63,986 bases of DNA, filler included, from Streblomastix strix (GCA_008636045.1; 3 parts of 3 records of this genome joined end to end with filler, not necessarily neighbours in it), one strand, 5' to 3'; counted from the whole stretch's first letter, positions 23,680 to 37,868 are shown. Notes: a model not told the origin generated them from the letters alone. Numbers and translations: made by a program.

Positions 23680-26600
23680 CTTACCTTAATCTTGGGCTAA
23701 AACTTACCTTAAACGTACCTCCACCAATAATTATTGGAGGATAAGTGAATTTAATCCTAAAACTTTCGAAGGATTCAATTACGCAACAGATATATAATTA
23801 ATTCATAAACACTTTAATTTATCTGTTAACTTATTTTCCTATGAACAGGACGATAGTTCTTTTCGCTATTATCTAGCTTAATCTTTCCCGATTGAAGGAG
23901 ATAATGAAATAAATTTATTACTTATTTAATCCGAAGAACTAAATGATATAAATATCCACACATTATTAGTGACAGATAAAGAACGATTGACTGATCTATT
24001 ATTTTGCCCCATTTGCCAGAATCATTGTTTTTAAGTTGATTCACACACTAAAGAGAATATGGCTAAACATATAGATAAGTGTAGATTAAATAAAGGATAA
24101 ATTAAGAAATAAGTTATGTTGGATAACATATAACGTCCGTTCGTACCACATATCATGTAAAATAAGACCTATCGCTATCTACTCGCTAATAATAGAACTA
24201 GTGAATTCAAACCAACTAATTACTTTATCACTTATGACTTCGAAACATATGAATAAAAAATAAATACTAATTTTGGTAAAGATAGTAAATTAATATCAAA
24301 ATTAATCCCCCTATCAGTAGCCAGCACTATTTATTCCTCTAAGGGTATTAAATCAATTTATTTCGATATTCGAACAGATAACTTCGTAAATTAATGGTTA
24401 AATTAAATATTTAAAGAAACTGTATAAATTAAACAAGATAATAATTATGATGACGAACTTATTCCATATTCAATCGAAGTTCCTATCCTCGGATATAATT
24501 CCGCTAAGTTTGATATGTCCTTATTATTTCCATATTTATCTTCGAGTTAATGGAAAATAACTAGCTATTTTGGTACTTCTTAATTCTGTAAGTAGTTAAT
24601 TATTTCACACAATAATTTATCAGTAAAGCTTAAATTTTTAGATGCCTTCTTATATGTAGCACCACCAATGACCTTGAATTAATTTGTAATTAATTTTTCA
24701 AACTAAAAGTAAAGTAAGGGCTTATTTCCAAATGATTTGATGGGAGATAATTATGAAGAATAACTCTCTTAATCGACCCCCTTTAAATAATCTGATTTCA
24801 ATAACACGTTGAAAAATAGTTCTATAACAGACGAAGAGTACTAAACTTATCTCTAGGATTATAAATAATTCAATAATAGATGGGATTATCTTAAACATTA
24901 TAATATACTAGATACAGAATTAATGATTGAACCGATAAAAAATTTGATTAGTCTGTTCTTTGAATATAAAGTAGATATGTTCTAATTTATTTCGATGGCC
25001 AGTTGCGCTAATGCCGTCAAGTATTCTATGGCCTATAACGAATTCAAAGTAGATGGTGATTATAGTATCAATACATTTGATCCCCCTTTCTATCTTACAC
25101 CTTAATATTGGAAAGCTAAAGTAGAAGGTTATATTTCCTAAGATAAATTAGCCCATCGACCTACGGATAATAATGTGAAAGAAAGTGATTATGATTATTT
25201 CCAAAAATTATTTAGATAGCCCTGTTATATTTGCCATGATAAATTTACGTTTAAAAATAAGCCTACATTAGATCGAATAAATAATTCCTTATCTCATAGT
25301 AAGAATAATGTTCGATAGTGTTGTTTATATTGTAACTAGGTCAAAAGTAATAGGAACGATCAAGAGATGAAGCTACTGATATAATTAAAAAAGTATTGCT
25401 AAAAATATAATTTACCTACAACAATTAATAATTAATAAGTGTACTAAACTCTTAGAGATGGTATCACTGGCGGCCTATCTAATGTAATGAACAGAATTAA
25501 TATAGCTAATTAAACTAAAATTAAAAAATTAGTATATGAAGACTACGTGAAAGTAATTGAGACAGATAATGTTGTAACTAATATCATAGGATTAGATTTC
25601 AACTCTTTATACCCAAGTGTAATGTGCAGCTAATTCCATCCCCTAAATCCATACACTAATCATAAAATGTTCATGGCAGGAACTGTTAAAGAAGTTATTA
25701 ATGTTACTGAATAAAATAAACAACGTTGTTTAAATATAATTAATTCCCCAACTTGATACACTCTGGCCGGTTAATTATTTATCGCAACAATTAAGAGACA
25801 TATTCCAGATATTAATAAACACATTAATTTTCCACCTATTCTTAGAAATTTAACATATACTACTAACGAACAAACAATTGGTAGTTATACCTATAACTTT
25901 ATGAAAAATAATAACATTAAGGTAGATAAAGAAGAAAGAAAGTTAACTTAATTATTATCCACACACGATTAGTGTATGTCGTTCAGTTCATATTATTTAT
26001 GGTTCTTGATTGATACATGTAATTTTGTAATTGATGATATTAGCTAACTTATTTTATTTACCAAACACGATAAATTTAATACTTTCGTTAACACATTTAT
26101 GAATAAACGAATATAAGCTATAAAATCAAATAAAAAGGGATTAGATTAATTTTGTAAAATAGTTATGAACGCTAGCTATGGTTCTGATGGGATGAACACT
26201 GAGAAATTTAGTAATGTAAAATTAAGATCGAAAGCGGACACATTTATTTCACATCTAACCGGTAACTTTATGAATGAACGTTAATTATCAGATAATCTTT
26301 ATGCAGTATAATTAAATACAGATAAATGTAAGTGTACAACTCCATTATAGTAAGCTTATTTTACCCTAGATAACGCAAAGTATTGGTATCTCAATTTTAT
26401 ATATAATTTTATGTATAAGTGATTAGATAAAAATCGGGTCCATTTTATTGAAGGGGATACTGATTCAATGTACTTCGCAGTTGCAGGTGATATTAATTAA
26501 CCAATTAATTAAGGATTTAGCCAAATCATTACTGATTAATAATTTTATGATACGAACTATAAATATTATTTTCCAACAACTGACGATCTAATTGAATAAA

Positions 26601-26962
26601 AGAAGTTATTAGGATTAGCGATTGAAAAAGAAGGTGATGTAATGATAGCGCTATCCCCAAAAAATTATTATATTAACGCTAAGAAGGAAATAATTAAGTT
26701 AAAGGGGATTAATTAATAATAAAATGTTATAATTAAATAAAATATATTAGATAAGATTGATGGAAAAATTATGAAGTGTACAAATACTCGTCTAGGTTAG
26801 AAAGATGGGGTTATGTCCAAATTATCCCTAAATAAGAATGGTTTGACTGGCATACACACTAAAATGATATTATTACCCAATAGCTAGTTAGCTGCACCAT
26901 TCATACACAAACTATCTGCAACTGATTATATAGATCTTTAGCCATCAATAAATGATGAATGA
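23680..26962 (+). pseudogene. Protein-primed PolB copy 2, nearly intact
   Basis: Single frame: FCPIC, ITYDFET, GYNSAKFD, YNILD, HNH insert, LDFNSLYPS, KIVMNASYG, EGDTDS, LSPKNY, KLKG; two in-frame TGA (25754, 26420); no start seen. Confidence 0.95.
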
Positions 26963-27081
26963 AACAATTTATTTAATCGAGGAATAATTAGGTATTAACT
27001 GGCACTCTATCTTCAAAACAATATGGGAGGCAGCTATAAAATATGCTTGTGAAAGTAAGATATGTAAAGTTTGACCCAGCA

Positions 27082-27225
27082 GATAAAAGGTAGATTGCAC
27101 CTCTGTTTATTTTTTCAAAAAATTTAAAAGTTTGACCGAGCATTAATTATAGCTCTAACTTTCAGTCAGATAAAAGGTGAACTGCACCTCTGTTTATTTT
27201 TTCAAAATAGTTAGGGGTTTGATCT
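27082..27225 (+). repeat. ~50-bp motif duplicated here and also at 23440-23490, bracketing PolB
   Basis: agata.aagg.....tgcacctctgtt(t)attttttcaaaa at ~23440, ~27082, ~27168. Confidence 0.85.
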
Positions 27226-27269
27226 TAACATTAATTACTACGCTAACACAGTAATTATAGCCAGAAAAA

Positions 27270-27682
27270 AGTAGTATAGTCCCGCGAAACTCGCTCCCAA
27301 AACAGTTAAATTAATGGTTAAATTAATACATTAAGGCCTCGAAAGCGTGGTAAAACAAAGGAAAAGAACTGATTTTTGAATAATTATACCTTTGTCCCCA
27401 CATTGCTTCGTTTCACAGCTTGGGATCTCGACAGTGATTCATTTCTCCCCATAAAATAACGTGTTTCATCAATTTAGGCTTAATTTAGAGCAATCATGGT
27501 AAGAAATAATGTAAAAAAATAATACATAAATAATATACCCCTACGAAATAAATAAAAACAAGGTATAATTATTCAAAAATCAGTTCTTTTCCTTTGTTTT
27601 ACCACGCTTTCGAGGCCTTAATGTATTAATTTAACCATTAATTTAACTGTTTTGGGAGCGAGTTTCGCGGGACTATACTACT
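27270..27682. repeat. Perfect 123-bp inverted repeat (27270-27392 / 27560-27682) with AGTAGT...ACTACT ends
   Basis: agtagtatagtcccgcgaaactc...aattatacctt is the reverse complement of aaggtataatt...gcgggactatactact. Confidence 0.95.
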
Positions 27683-27958
27683 AAGGGTACTTAATCAAAA
27701 AATAATATCAAGCTTTATTCAATATCAATTTACCTTTTCTTCAAGTTATTTTATAATTGGGCACGTTAATTATATGATTTAATGCTTAGGAAGACATATC
27801 AAATTACTGTGGATTATTTCGGAGAAAAAGCTTAATTATCTTGATAGTGTAAATTATTATAATTAATTAATCAGACGCATTTATTCTTCTGTTAATGGTT
27901 TGAATAAATATTATTCGTAAGACATTTTAACTTATTTAAAATTTTTAAAAATTAACAA

Positions 27959-28759
27959 ATGACTGCAAAAGTATCAATTGTTACAAACTAATCGAATGAA
28001 AGCGGATATATTTACTTATTATAAGTTGGTGATAAGAATGATGATTACTCTAAATATAAAATTGGTAGAACGTGTGATTTCTAGCGGCATTTGAATGAAA
28101 ATCCAAAAAATACTAAGGTACTGTATGTAAGTTATACTAATAATGTTATAAATGTAGAAACTGTATTAAAAAAAATACTTAATGAACAATTTATAAACGT
28201 ATAAGGTAATGAATATTTTATTGGTATCACTGTTGATATGATAAGTATAATTAACCAATATGTATAGTAAGTAAATAATAGCCATATAAAGTTAAGAATC
28301 GATAATGATACTAATTATGTCAATATAGAAGATGAATTTGTCAATTACGGATGTCGGTCACATTCAGTTGATAATAATACAAATGAAAATATAGCAAAGA
28401 TAGAGGAATAATTCGACATAATCAAAAAAGAAATCGAAGAATAAGTATAATATGAATTATATGAATTAGTATGTAATTTATACAAATAAATTTAATAATC
28501 ATTAGTAATACATATATCAAATAATTAAGGATATAAAACTGTACCTTAATAGAACAATTTTGATCATAAGTAGTATGAAACTGAAATAGTATAATAATTT
28601 ATATATGATAATATAAACAAATTATCTGATGGAATGATGTGTCAATAAGCCTATCTCGCTAAGCCTAAAAGCATACATGATGAATGATTTAAATAACTAA
28701 TATTGAAAAAGTGTAAATATATATAGTAATTTGGATCTTGGTTCTTTAAATTAAAGTGA
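27959..28759 (+). CDS. T5orf172/GIY-YIG-family protein
   Basis: SGYIYLLQV...YKIGRT, VETVLKK, GNEYF; TGA at 28685 is either the stop or a lesion before a WFFKLK* tail. Confidence 0.75.
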
Positions 28760-28783
28760 TAATAGTGCAATCATATTTTTATC

Positions 28784-28830
28784 CTTAGCGGCAAGCTAAG
28801 TGGCAAGTTAAGCGGCAAGCTAAGCGGCAA
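28784..28830. repeat. 12-bp tandem repeat (TAAGCGGCAAGC) x4
   Basis: Directly visible. Confidence 0.85.
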
Positions 28831-30000
28831 AACATATCGGTGGGATATGCTGAAAGATCTATTACATAAGTTTCTTGTGAAATTATTTACTTAATAGTGT
28901 AATCAGATTTCGATGTGATTCACATATTATGCAGTTGACTTCAATATTTTTGCTGATGAGACACTTAAAGTTGAACTATAATTTAGAAATCTACTTCTTT
29001 TGATTGATTTTTTTTGAAACAATATATAAAATAAACTTTTCATAAGGAATAATATTTTATATAAGGTTTAGAACAGGCATCGAATATGGTTTGAACACAT
29101 TATTGTTAATACATCTCATGATCATAACAATTACGTTTTTGAATCGACTGAAAAAGCCAGGATTTACCATTATAATTATGTCAAATAGTACAAATATCTG
29201 AAAATGAAATTCTTACAATTAAAATATATTTCACTCTTTTCTCATTATTTTTCAGTATTCATATTAATAAACGGTTTGAAAACTAATTCTTAACGCCATA
29301 TTCGTGATAAATACATAAATATTGATCTATATTTTGTTACACAAGTTAATCTGATAATTTTTAATAACAATCATTTTTAAGGTCTATGACTCTCTATGAA
29401 TTGACATTTAAAATTTTTTTTTTCAAATAATTTTAATTTTTGTAAAATACATATTTAAAATTAAAATTTAAGAACCAATTACAAAATTTTTTTTTAAATA
29501 AATAAAAGGATACGCGATAAATAGTACAATTTACTGATCTTAATTCCCAAGTTTGCAAGCGATAACGCCAAATATCTCACATTTTCATTATTCAAGTGAT
29601 TAACATATGTGCAAATATTAATCAGATTTTGATCACAACTGGTTGAATCAGAAAGTTCGCCGATGCATATTTTTCCAGATATCATATAATTATTTATAAA
29701 TAAATGGAAAGAGTATTGTTTGAGAACAAATAAGTAAAGAATGCAAATATATAAAAAAAAAATAGCTAATCAATAAATATAAACAATTGATCTAAAATTA
29801 ATGATAAAATTGAAGTACATGCAAAAAATTAGAATTAACAGATGAACTCAAATAATACTATGCATCTAACAAATAAATTATTGTTAAAACAATTACATCT
29901 CGCTTTAAAAAAAAATATTCATAGAGGATGAATACGCCTTTAATTGCAAAAAAAAATAATGAAATGATTATAATGTATGAGTTTTTTAATATATTGTAGA

Positions 30001-30484
30001 ATAATAATAAATAATAGGAATTTTGCGTCGATTTTTTTCAAAGATCAATAAATTTTGTTTTTCAATTCATTTTATGAGTGAAATGAAATTATATTTTTAC
30101 TATCAATCTTAATTTTTCTTGTCTAAAATCAATTTTATTCAAACTTAATTTGCTTCATCTTATTGAAAGATCAACTCATAAATTTGTTTGTCAATTCGTA
30201 TTCTTTCGTTTTCAAAGCCCCATACAGCTCTTTATCTGAAATGTGAAATAACAGCGCGTTCTCTTCATTTGCTTATTCTAATATGTTAAAACACACAACT
30301 TCACTTTAATTATAAAAAGATCAATGCAAATTGGCGAATTTGTTTGCCATATTTAAGGAGTAATATAAATTCGAGTTTTATTACACGTGCAAATAGAGAA
30401 TAATACCATACGTGAATAATTTAATACCACATCTAATTTCTCAATATTTCTAGTAATTTATTCTAAATAATTATCAATTTAACC
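30001..30484. repeat. Intergenic block A, near-identical to 42385-42868
   Basis: ggaattttgcgtcgattt...ataattatcaatttaacc shared. Confidence 0.95.
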
Positions 30485-30604
30485 ATTCTCAAAACAATGA
30501 ACAATTTTCTATTTTATTTTCTTTCTATTCTTACCAATTCTTTTATTATTTTATATATATATATTATAATTTTTTTTATAAATTAAACAGATTCTATTTT
30601 TCAA

Positions 30605-31761
30605 ATGACAACTCCACTTCCATTGATCCTCGGTGTTGGGAACCCGCTAATGGATATTGTTGTAAGTATATTTTCTTTTTTTTATTAAAATTTTTTTATT
30701 ATTAACAATTTTATACCCTAAAAGACGTGGATAAATCATTCATTGAAAAATATGGATTGAAAGTCAATGCACAGTACATGGCGGATGAAAAGACTGTTAA
30801 GATGTTTGTTTTCTGTTTAATTTCTGTTTATTTTCTGTATTACTAATTTACAAATAGTTTCAAAGAGATTGAACTTCTGAAAGACCTTAAAGAGATTCCA
30901 GGAGGATCATCTTTGAACACAACACGAGCAGCACAATTTGTGTTACATACTCCCAAATCTGCTGCTTTCACAGGTGGTGCAGCTAACGATTTATTTGGAA
31001 AACGCTAAAATGCACTCGTTGAACGAGAAGGTTTGGATGTTATGTATGATATTGTGGAAGGGCAACCAATGGGAACTTGCGCGACATTGATCAGTGACAA
31101 CAATAGGTGCTTAATAGCGAATTTGGGTGCAGCAGAACATTTTCATACATCTCATGTACTAACACCACAACTTGAAGCAGCATCTAAGGCAGCACGTATC
31201 ATTTATTGTGAGACTTACTTTGTAACTGTGTCCATGGAAGCACTGCTAATACTCGCGCACCGATGTTTGTTTGATTCAGCGAAACAATTTGGTTATAATC
31301 TGAGTGCATAATGGGTTGTAGATGGGCACTTGACAGAACTTTTAGAACTAACTCCATATGCAGATTACATTTTTGGCAATGAAGATGAATCTCGTGCTTT
31401 TGCAACACAGATTGGATGGGAAGAAAAGAATGACCTATAAGTAATTGCAAGGAAAATTGTAGAATTACCAAAACTCAATCCAAAGAAACCTCGTGTTGTT
31501 ATTATCACCCAAGGACCAAAAGACATAACTATTGCATATGGGAATCCAGTTATTGTGAAAACATTCCCTGTTCCACCCGTACCCAAAGCTGAGATTAAAG
31601 ACACAAATGGATGTGGAGACTCATTTGTTGGAGGATTTCTTGCAGCAGTAGTGAGAGGCAAGAATTATGAGGACGCTGTACAAATTGGAATTCAAACATC
31701 TGCCGTAGTCATACGTCAAGAAGGCTGTTAGTTCCCAAAAGAATGCAAGATTGCTCTTTGA
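30605..31761 (+). CDS. ADK: Adenosine kinase (PfkB family), two short introns
   Basis: GVGNPLMDI, PGGSSLNT, NLGAA, FGNEDE, ITQG, DTNGCGDSFVGGFL; internal TAA/TAG=Gln. Confidence 0.95.
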
Positions 31762-31911
31762 TTATTATATTCAAGATTACAATTATCCTGTTGTTATTAC
31801 CACGGGAAGAAGTATAATTTAGCCTTCATAAATTGACAAATAAATGATAACTAAATTAACGAGTTAAAAAAACAAATTTTGCTTTTATTTTTTATTCAAT
31901 TGTTAAAAAAT

Positions 31912-32381
31912 GGTTTAAGAGAATATGAAAAATATTTAATATTCATATGATTGAGATGAAAAAAGAAAATTATGACTGAAGATTATAGATTCCATTTAAG
32001 TATGAATTGTTTAAGTTATTTGTATATTAATATTATAATATGTATTAACATATAATACATTTTTTCAATCAAACAACAATTTATCTTTCAATACATTGAA
32101 AATTTCTACAATTAACACAAATATAATAATACTCACCGGTTACATCATTAATGATAAATTAATAAATATTTTCCCATCTATAAATATGAATATTAACCAA
32201 TTATATACGAATTATCTGTTTTGTACAAATTTCTCTGTATAAATATCATCAAAGTTTCGAAATTAAAAATTCACCCAGGATTCTCCGTGTATTACACATA
32301 AATTTATGATTGTTTTCTTTTTCACTTGAACACAATCATAGCATATTTTTTTGCTGAATTTAATATAATTTGTACATCACA
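31912..32381. repeat. Intergenic block B, near-identical to 39911-40380
   Basis: gagaatatgaaa...gaaaattatgactgaagatt...tttgtacatcaca shared. Confidence 0.95.
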
Positions 32382-32482
32382 ACATTCTAATTTTTACTAA
32401 ACAAATTCGATTTAACACATTTAAACAAATTTTATTCAATTTTATTTTAATATCTATCTTAAATTTTTATATTATTGTTTAG

Positions 32483-35400
32483 ATGAGCGAATCACCTTAG
32501 CAGGCAGATGATGATCAAATAGAAATTCCTAACAAAGAAGGAGTACTTGCTCTTTCATTAATAAAAGGAAGGTATGAAAATTTTTTCTCAATTATTTTAT
32601 TTTATTGTTAAACAGACTTGGTTTAGCATCATTTGATCCTAGTACAAACGAAATAGGATTTGCTGAAGTGGCTGATTGTGATGTGTTTGCGTTGCTTGCA
32701 ATGTTTATCTAAGAATTGTAGCCAACATAAATAATAATTCCATAGAATGCAAGTGTTGAATTGGTAGAAGCTCTTAGTAGAGATTGTTTGATAATAATAT
32801 ATATTATATATATTTTTAGGTATTTATCATTATTTAGCTAGCTGTATTGGCTACAAAACGATACGAACACCTCCACATACATTCTCAGAAGATGTTGCTC
32901 GAAGGTATATATCAATGATTAGAGCTGGGAACCATCCTTGCACTCGTGCTGATAGAATTGTAGGATAAGCTGCCAATCTTTAGCTTGTATTTGACTTCAG
33001 AAAACAACAAATGTCTAGAGCTATGGGTGCATTAATGTCTTATCTGCATAAATTTCCAAGTATGGGAGCAGATATGAATATAAGTCAAGGAATTATTAAT
33101 GTTGATAGCTTTAGATCAATAAACCTGTATTTATAATATTATTCTTTTAAATCTTTAATTATCTTTACATTATTTAAATAGTTAGAATATTGTAAGAATG
33201 GAAGGTTCAGCATTTAAAGGACTTGAAATATTTGAACGTGAAAAACATCCGTCAATGCATGGAACTGGAATTACTAAGGAAGGAATGTCTATTTTTAGTT
33301 TAATTGGAAGTGCCTCACTTCACAGTTCAAAAGGAATAAGAATGATGAGGTAGATAACATTTAATGCATAAAATATTACATCATTAAATCATGTATATTT
33401 ATCTATTTAATTAGATAGTGGTTTAACAGACCATTGTGCGATATTCATCTCATTAAGTAGAGATAAGATACTGTTGAATGCTTTGCTAAATTGATATGGT
33501 ATTAATTATTTTTTTTGCTTTTACTTATTGTCATAATTATCTTTAAATTATTTATATACTTATTATGCATAGAAATGAAGAAATATAAATTAGAGGATCA
33601 AAAAAAGGAGGAATTATTCATTCTATATAGCATTCTCTTGGATCAGTTTGCTACTATTACTTAAATATAGATAGATTAACTTATAAAATATTTTCATTTC
33701 TCCTTCATTTAATAATCAATTAAGGTTCGTCCATTGGAAAGTATTTTTCTTGTTTTATAGAGAGGAGAAGGAAGAAGAACAACATTTGAAAGTCTTGTCA
33801 AAGTATGAATAGGATTTTATGATTCATTAATATTTGGATTAATTTTTTTATTAATTTACTCCTTTATTCAGATTTTATTGCACAGCCACTTAATTATAGA
33901 AGCTATTGATAAAGCATTTAAAGAAGGAAATTTTAATTCAATTATGATAAATAATAATAACATTAATTAGAAAATTATACCACAAGATCTTCCTCTTTTT
34001 ACTGAATTAGGACTATTCCCAAGAGATTTTCTTATTCAAATTTCTGAGGAATTATTTAAATCTCTAATTTTATAGAAAGATGGATAAGAAGAAGAAGATA
34101 ATGATTAAGAAGAAAAAGAAGGATAACAAAATGATTAAGAAATATCAGATGATGAACCATAATTAATAAATAATAAAAATAATAAATAATAGAATAGAAT
34201 AATTTATTAAGGTGTAATGAAATAAGATAAAACCAATTAAATAAATGAAAGAAAGCGTTAATAATATCAAGAAATTGGAGAAGATATGGATGATGAAGAT
34301 GAAGATTGGGAAGAATAAATATATAAATAAGGAATAAAAGATGATTTACTAAGCTCAAATAATTCTCAAACACATGTTAATATTAAAGACAATAATTATT
34401 ATTAAATTAAATTTTAGTAATAAAATCAAGAGTATTAATTGGAATCAAATAATGATTATGAATCTGATGATGAATATAAAGAAGAAGATGAATAGATATA
34501 TGGAATATAAAATAAAAGAATAGAAAATATTGTGAATGTAAATCGAATTAATTAAAGAAAGAATTTAAGTATTTATAAAAATATAAAATCTAAGAAAGGG
34601 AAAGATGTAAATAATAATCATGATATGTGGAATATGATAAAAGGGGACGATTCTTTAATTGAAAATAAGACGAATAATAATGAAAGTAAATAATAATCAA
34701 GAATTAATTTGTTGGATTTATTTGTTGGAGGAAAAACTAAATCAAAGAAATAAAAAAAGAATTATGATGATTAATAACAAATTGGAATAGTTGGAGCAAA
34801 GAAAAGAAAAAGAAATAAAATGAAAGGAGAAACCGAATTTGATGAATTTATTAATAAATATAAAAAAACAGAAAATATTGATAAGGGTAAAGAAAATGAT
34901 GATAATGAAGAAGAAGACAGTAATTTTAGAATATAGAATAGGAATGATTTGAATAGGAAGAGGAAAAGATTGGAATCACCATCAGTGAGCTCTGAAAGAA
35001 TGAACGAAACCAGAATTCCTTCCTCCTTGAAGGAAAAAGTTGAAATTATTGATAAAAATTAATATATAAATAACACATAAAAGAAGAAAGGAACTTTTGA
35101 TAATGAAAATGTTCACATTAGAAGGGGAGTTGATGAAAAATTAGATAAATTAAGAGATAATTTTAGATCTTTGGGAGGATTAATGGTGTAAATAACTTTA
35201 AATTTATTAGAATTAGATTATCTTTTTTATTAAAGAATTTATTAATCATTTTGTTTTAATTTTGTATAATTATATTCTTTTCCTTTATTATTAATTATAT
35301 ATTTTTCACACTTACTAGAGTTAAATAGCATCAGAAGAAATAGATACAATCCCTCATGATTTAATAAAAAGATTATCTATTGCTTTCTTTCCAAATCTTG

Positions 35401-37761
35401 GATATTTAATGGCAATTCAAGTTAGAATACATTATTACATAAAATAACACTTTTAAATATTATATTAAAAAAAAGAATAATAATATATCTGAATTTTAAT
35501 TTTTGATATTATAACATATTCCATTATTTAAATTATCCTGTATACTTGATATATTATGTAGGAAGAGGATATAGTACCACTATAGTCATTCATTTAATAA
35601 AATGGGAAAGATGGAATTGTTGCATTTGTTGGAGAGAAAAAAGAAATAAGTAAGTAAAAGGCATAAGAAAAAGAAAGAAGAATCAGAAAAATTAAAAGAG
35701 ATGAAGATGATGATTATAATGAAGATGAATTTAAATTGGACAATTCAGATTTTGAAGATGACCAAGATGAAAATGATGTGAAAGACAGATAATCTATTTT
35801 ATTATAACTTGAAGAAAAATGTAAAATACAGTTTTAATTTTAATTGGAAAATGTAAGATATTATAAAAATGAAAGAATGAAGGGGTTAGATTTATAAGTT
35901 GGCGATATTCCTGAATAGATTGCTGGTATTTAAGATAAAATATATTAATGAAAAATAATATTTATCTTTACATTTATTATTTATTGAATAATGTATAGAT
36001 TTGGAGAGGGTAATTATTCAAAGAGTAGCTTCCTCAGTATTAGATAATGCATAAATTTTGTTAAGAGCTGTTGAATTGGTAGCTGAGATTGACTGGTTTG
36101 TAATTCAAAGACAGATAATTTTGTATTAAATTTTTACTTTTATGTTTATGATTTATATACTTATACTTTCTTTAATAATCTTAGCTTCTTAACATTTGCA
36201 TTAGCTGCCATTGAATATTCACTTGTGCGACCCACATTACATAACTACTCAATTATCAATATTAAATAGGGAAGAAATTTAATATAAGAATTACTCTCTT
36301 ATAGTTTCGTTCCTAATGACACAGTATTAGGAGAAAAATAGAAGAGTTTGAAGGAATTAAAAGAGAAATAAATGAACATTGAGATGGAATAAGAGTAAGA
36401 AAAAGATATGATAGAAAGTAGAATTGAATAATGGTAGAATAAAAAGAATGGGAGAGAAAAAATATTATTAAGAAATAAAGATGAGAATAATAATGAATAG
36501 AAAAGAATTCTTATTTTAACTGGTCCAAATGCATCAGGAAAATCTGTTTATTTAAAATAAGTTGCATAAATTGTTTTCTTAGCTCATATTGGTTGCTATG
36601 TACCCGCTGAAAGTGCTGAAGTATTTTCATTTTATAGTAATTATAATATTTTTGTTTCTCATATTTATTTGATCATATATTATTAGATTGGACTGGTAGA
36701 CAGTATATTTTGTAGATTAGTGACTCATGAATCAGCATAAACACCATTGAGTTGTTTTTTATTAGATTCTTTATAAATGTCTTCCATGATTTAGTAAGCA
36801 ACACAAAGATCTTTATTGATTATTGATGAATATGGTAAAGGGACATCTCATATTGGTTTAATGAAAGAAAATGAATTATATACATATTATTGAATTTTTA
36901 TTTTTGTAAGAAAAAAAATGATATATTATTTATTATTGTTATTTGTATTGATGTTGTAGATGGTTTAAGTCTTCTTTCAGCAACAATCAATCATTTTATC
37001 AATCTGAACAATGGAGAATAAATTAATATAGATAATAAAGATTAATATAGAAGCAAATGTCCAATAATCTTATTAAACACACATATGCATGATGTTCTTG
37101 ATATGGGGTTTGAATTAGTTTAAGATAATTTATTTATTTATTTCTTATTTATATCTATTGATAATCCTTTATTTTCTATTAAAGTGATATTCCATCTTCT
37201 CCTTGTATTTAATTTTGCTCAATGGAATATAAAGTGATAAAAAATAAATAAAACAATAAGAAAAGAGGAAATTAATTTTCAGGATCTGGAATCAATACGT
37301 CATCAATAGTATCATCATTATAACAATCACATTCTTCTTCTATGCAAACTTTACCACCTCACAAACTAGAATCACTTGATGATGATGTCATATTTACATA
37401 TCGACTTATTCCTGGACGTTCAAATGTAAGTTTAAGTCTTTTCTGTGCACGTCGTGCTGGAATTCCAAAACATATTGTGCTTCGTGCTGCAGAGGTGGGA
37501 TCATTTGATAAAAAGATATTTAATTAATACACATTTTCTTCTTTTTTAATAAATTAGGTCTCTTCTTACTTTACATCTGGCCACAACACTATTCCCCAAA
37601 TGAATTTTCTTACCACTAAGCGAATAAATAACCTACCTTTTACATCCAGAGATTCTGGTGTATAATAGGATCGATATATTCAAGCGGCAGAGTTATTCAC
37701 ACAGTTGTCTGAAGAGGGAAGCAGTGCAGAAACTATTTTATCTGCTTTACAGAGAATATGA
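32483..37761 (+). CDS. MSH5: MutS homolog 5 (meiotic), multi-intron
   Basis: LEIFEREKHPSMHGTGITKEGMSIF (MSH5-type), LTGPNASGKSVYLKQVA, HIGCYVPA, SLLIIDEYGKGT, CARRAGIP. Confidence 0.9.
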
Positions 37762-37868
37762 CCCAGCAAACTTTAGAGAAAATAAGTAATTTAGGTCTTT
37801 TTACATCAAATAACATAAATGAATTAATTTATATGTTTCTTTATTTCTTTATTTTGTTGTGAAATAAC

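Noticed and set aside
28860..29950. Possible degraded minus-strand gene or transposase
   Set aside because: No motif I can support
31199..31661. Minus-strand ORFs over ADK (similarly 98-304, 5864-6118, 34056-34373, 50619-50888)
   Set aside because: Antisense shadows of real plus-strand genes
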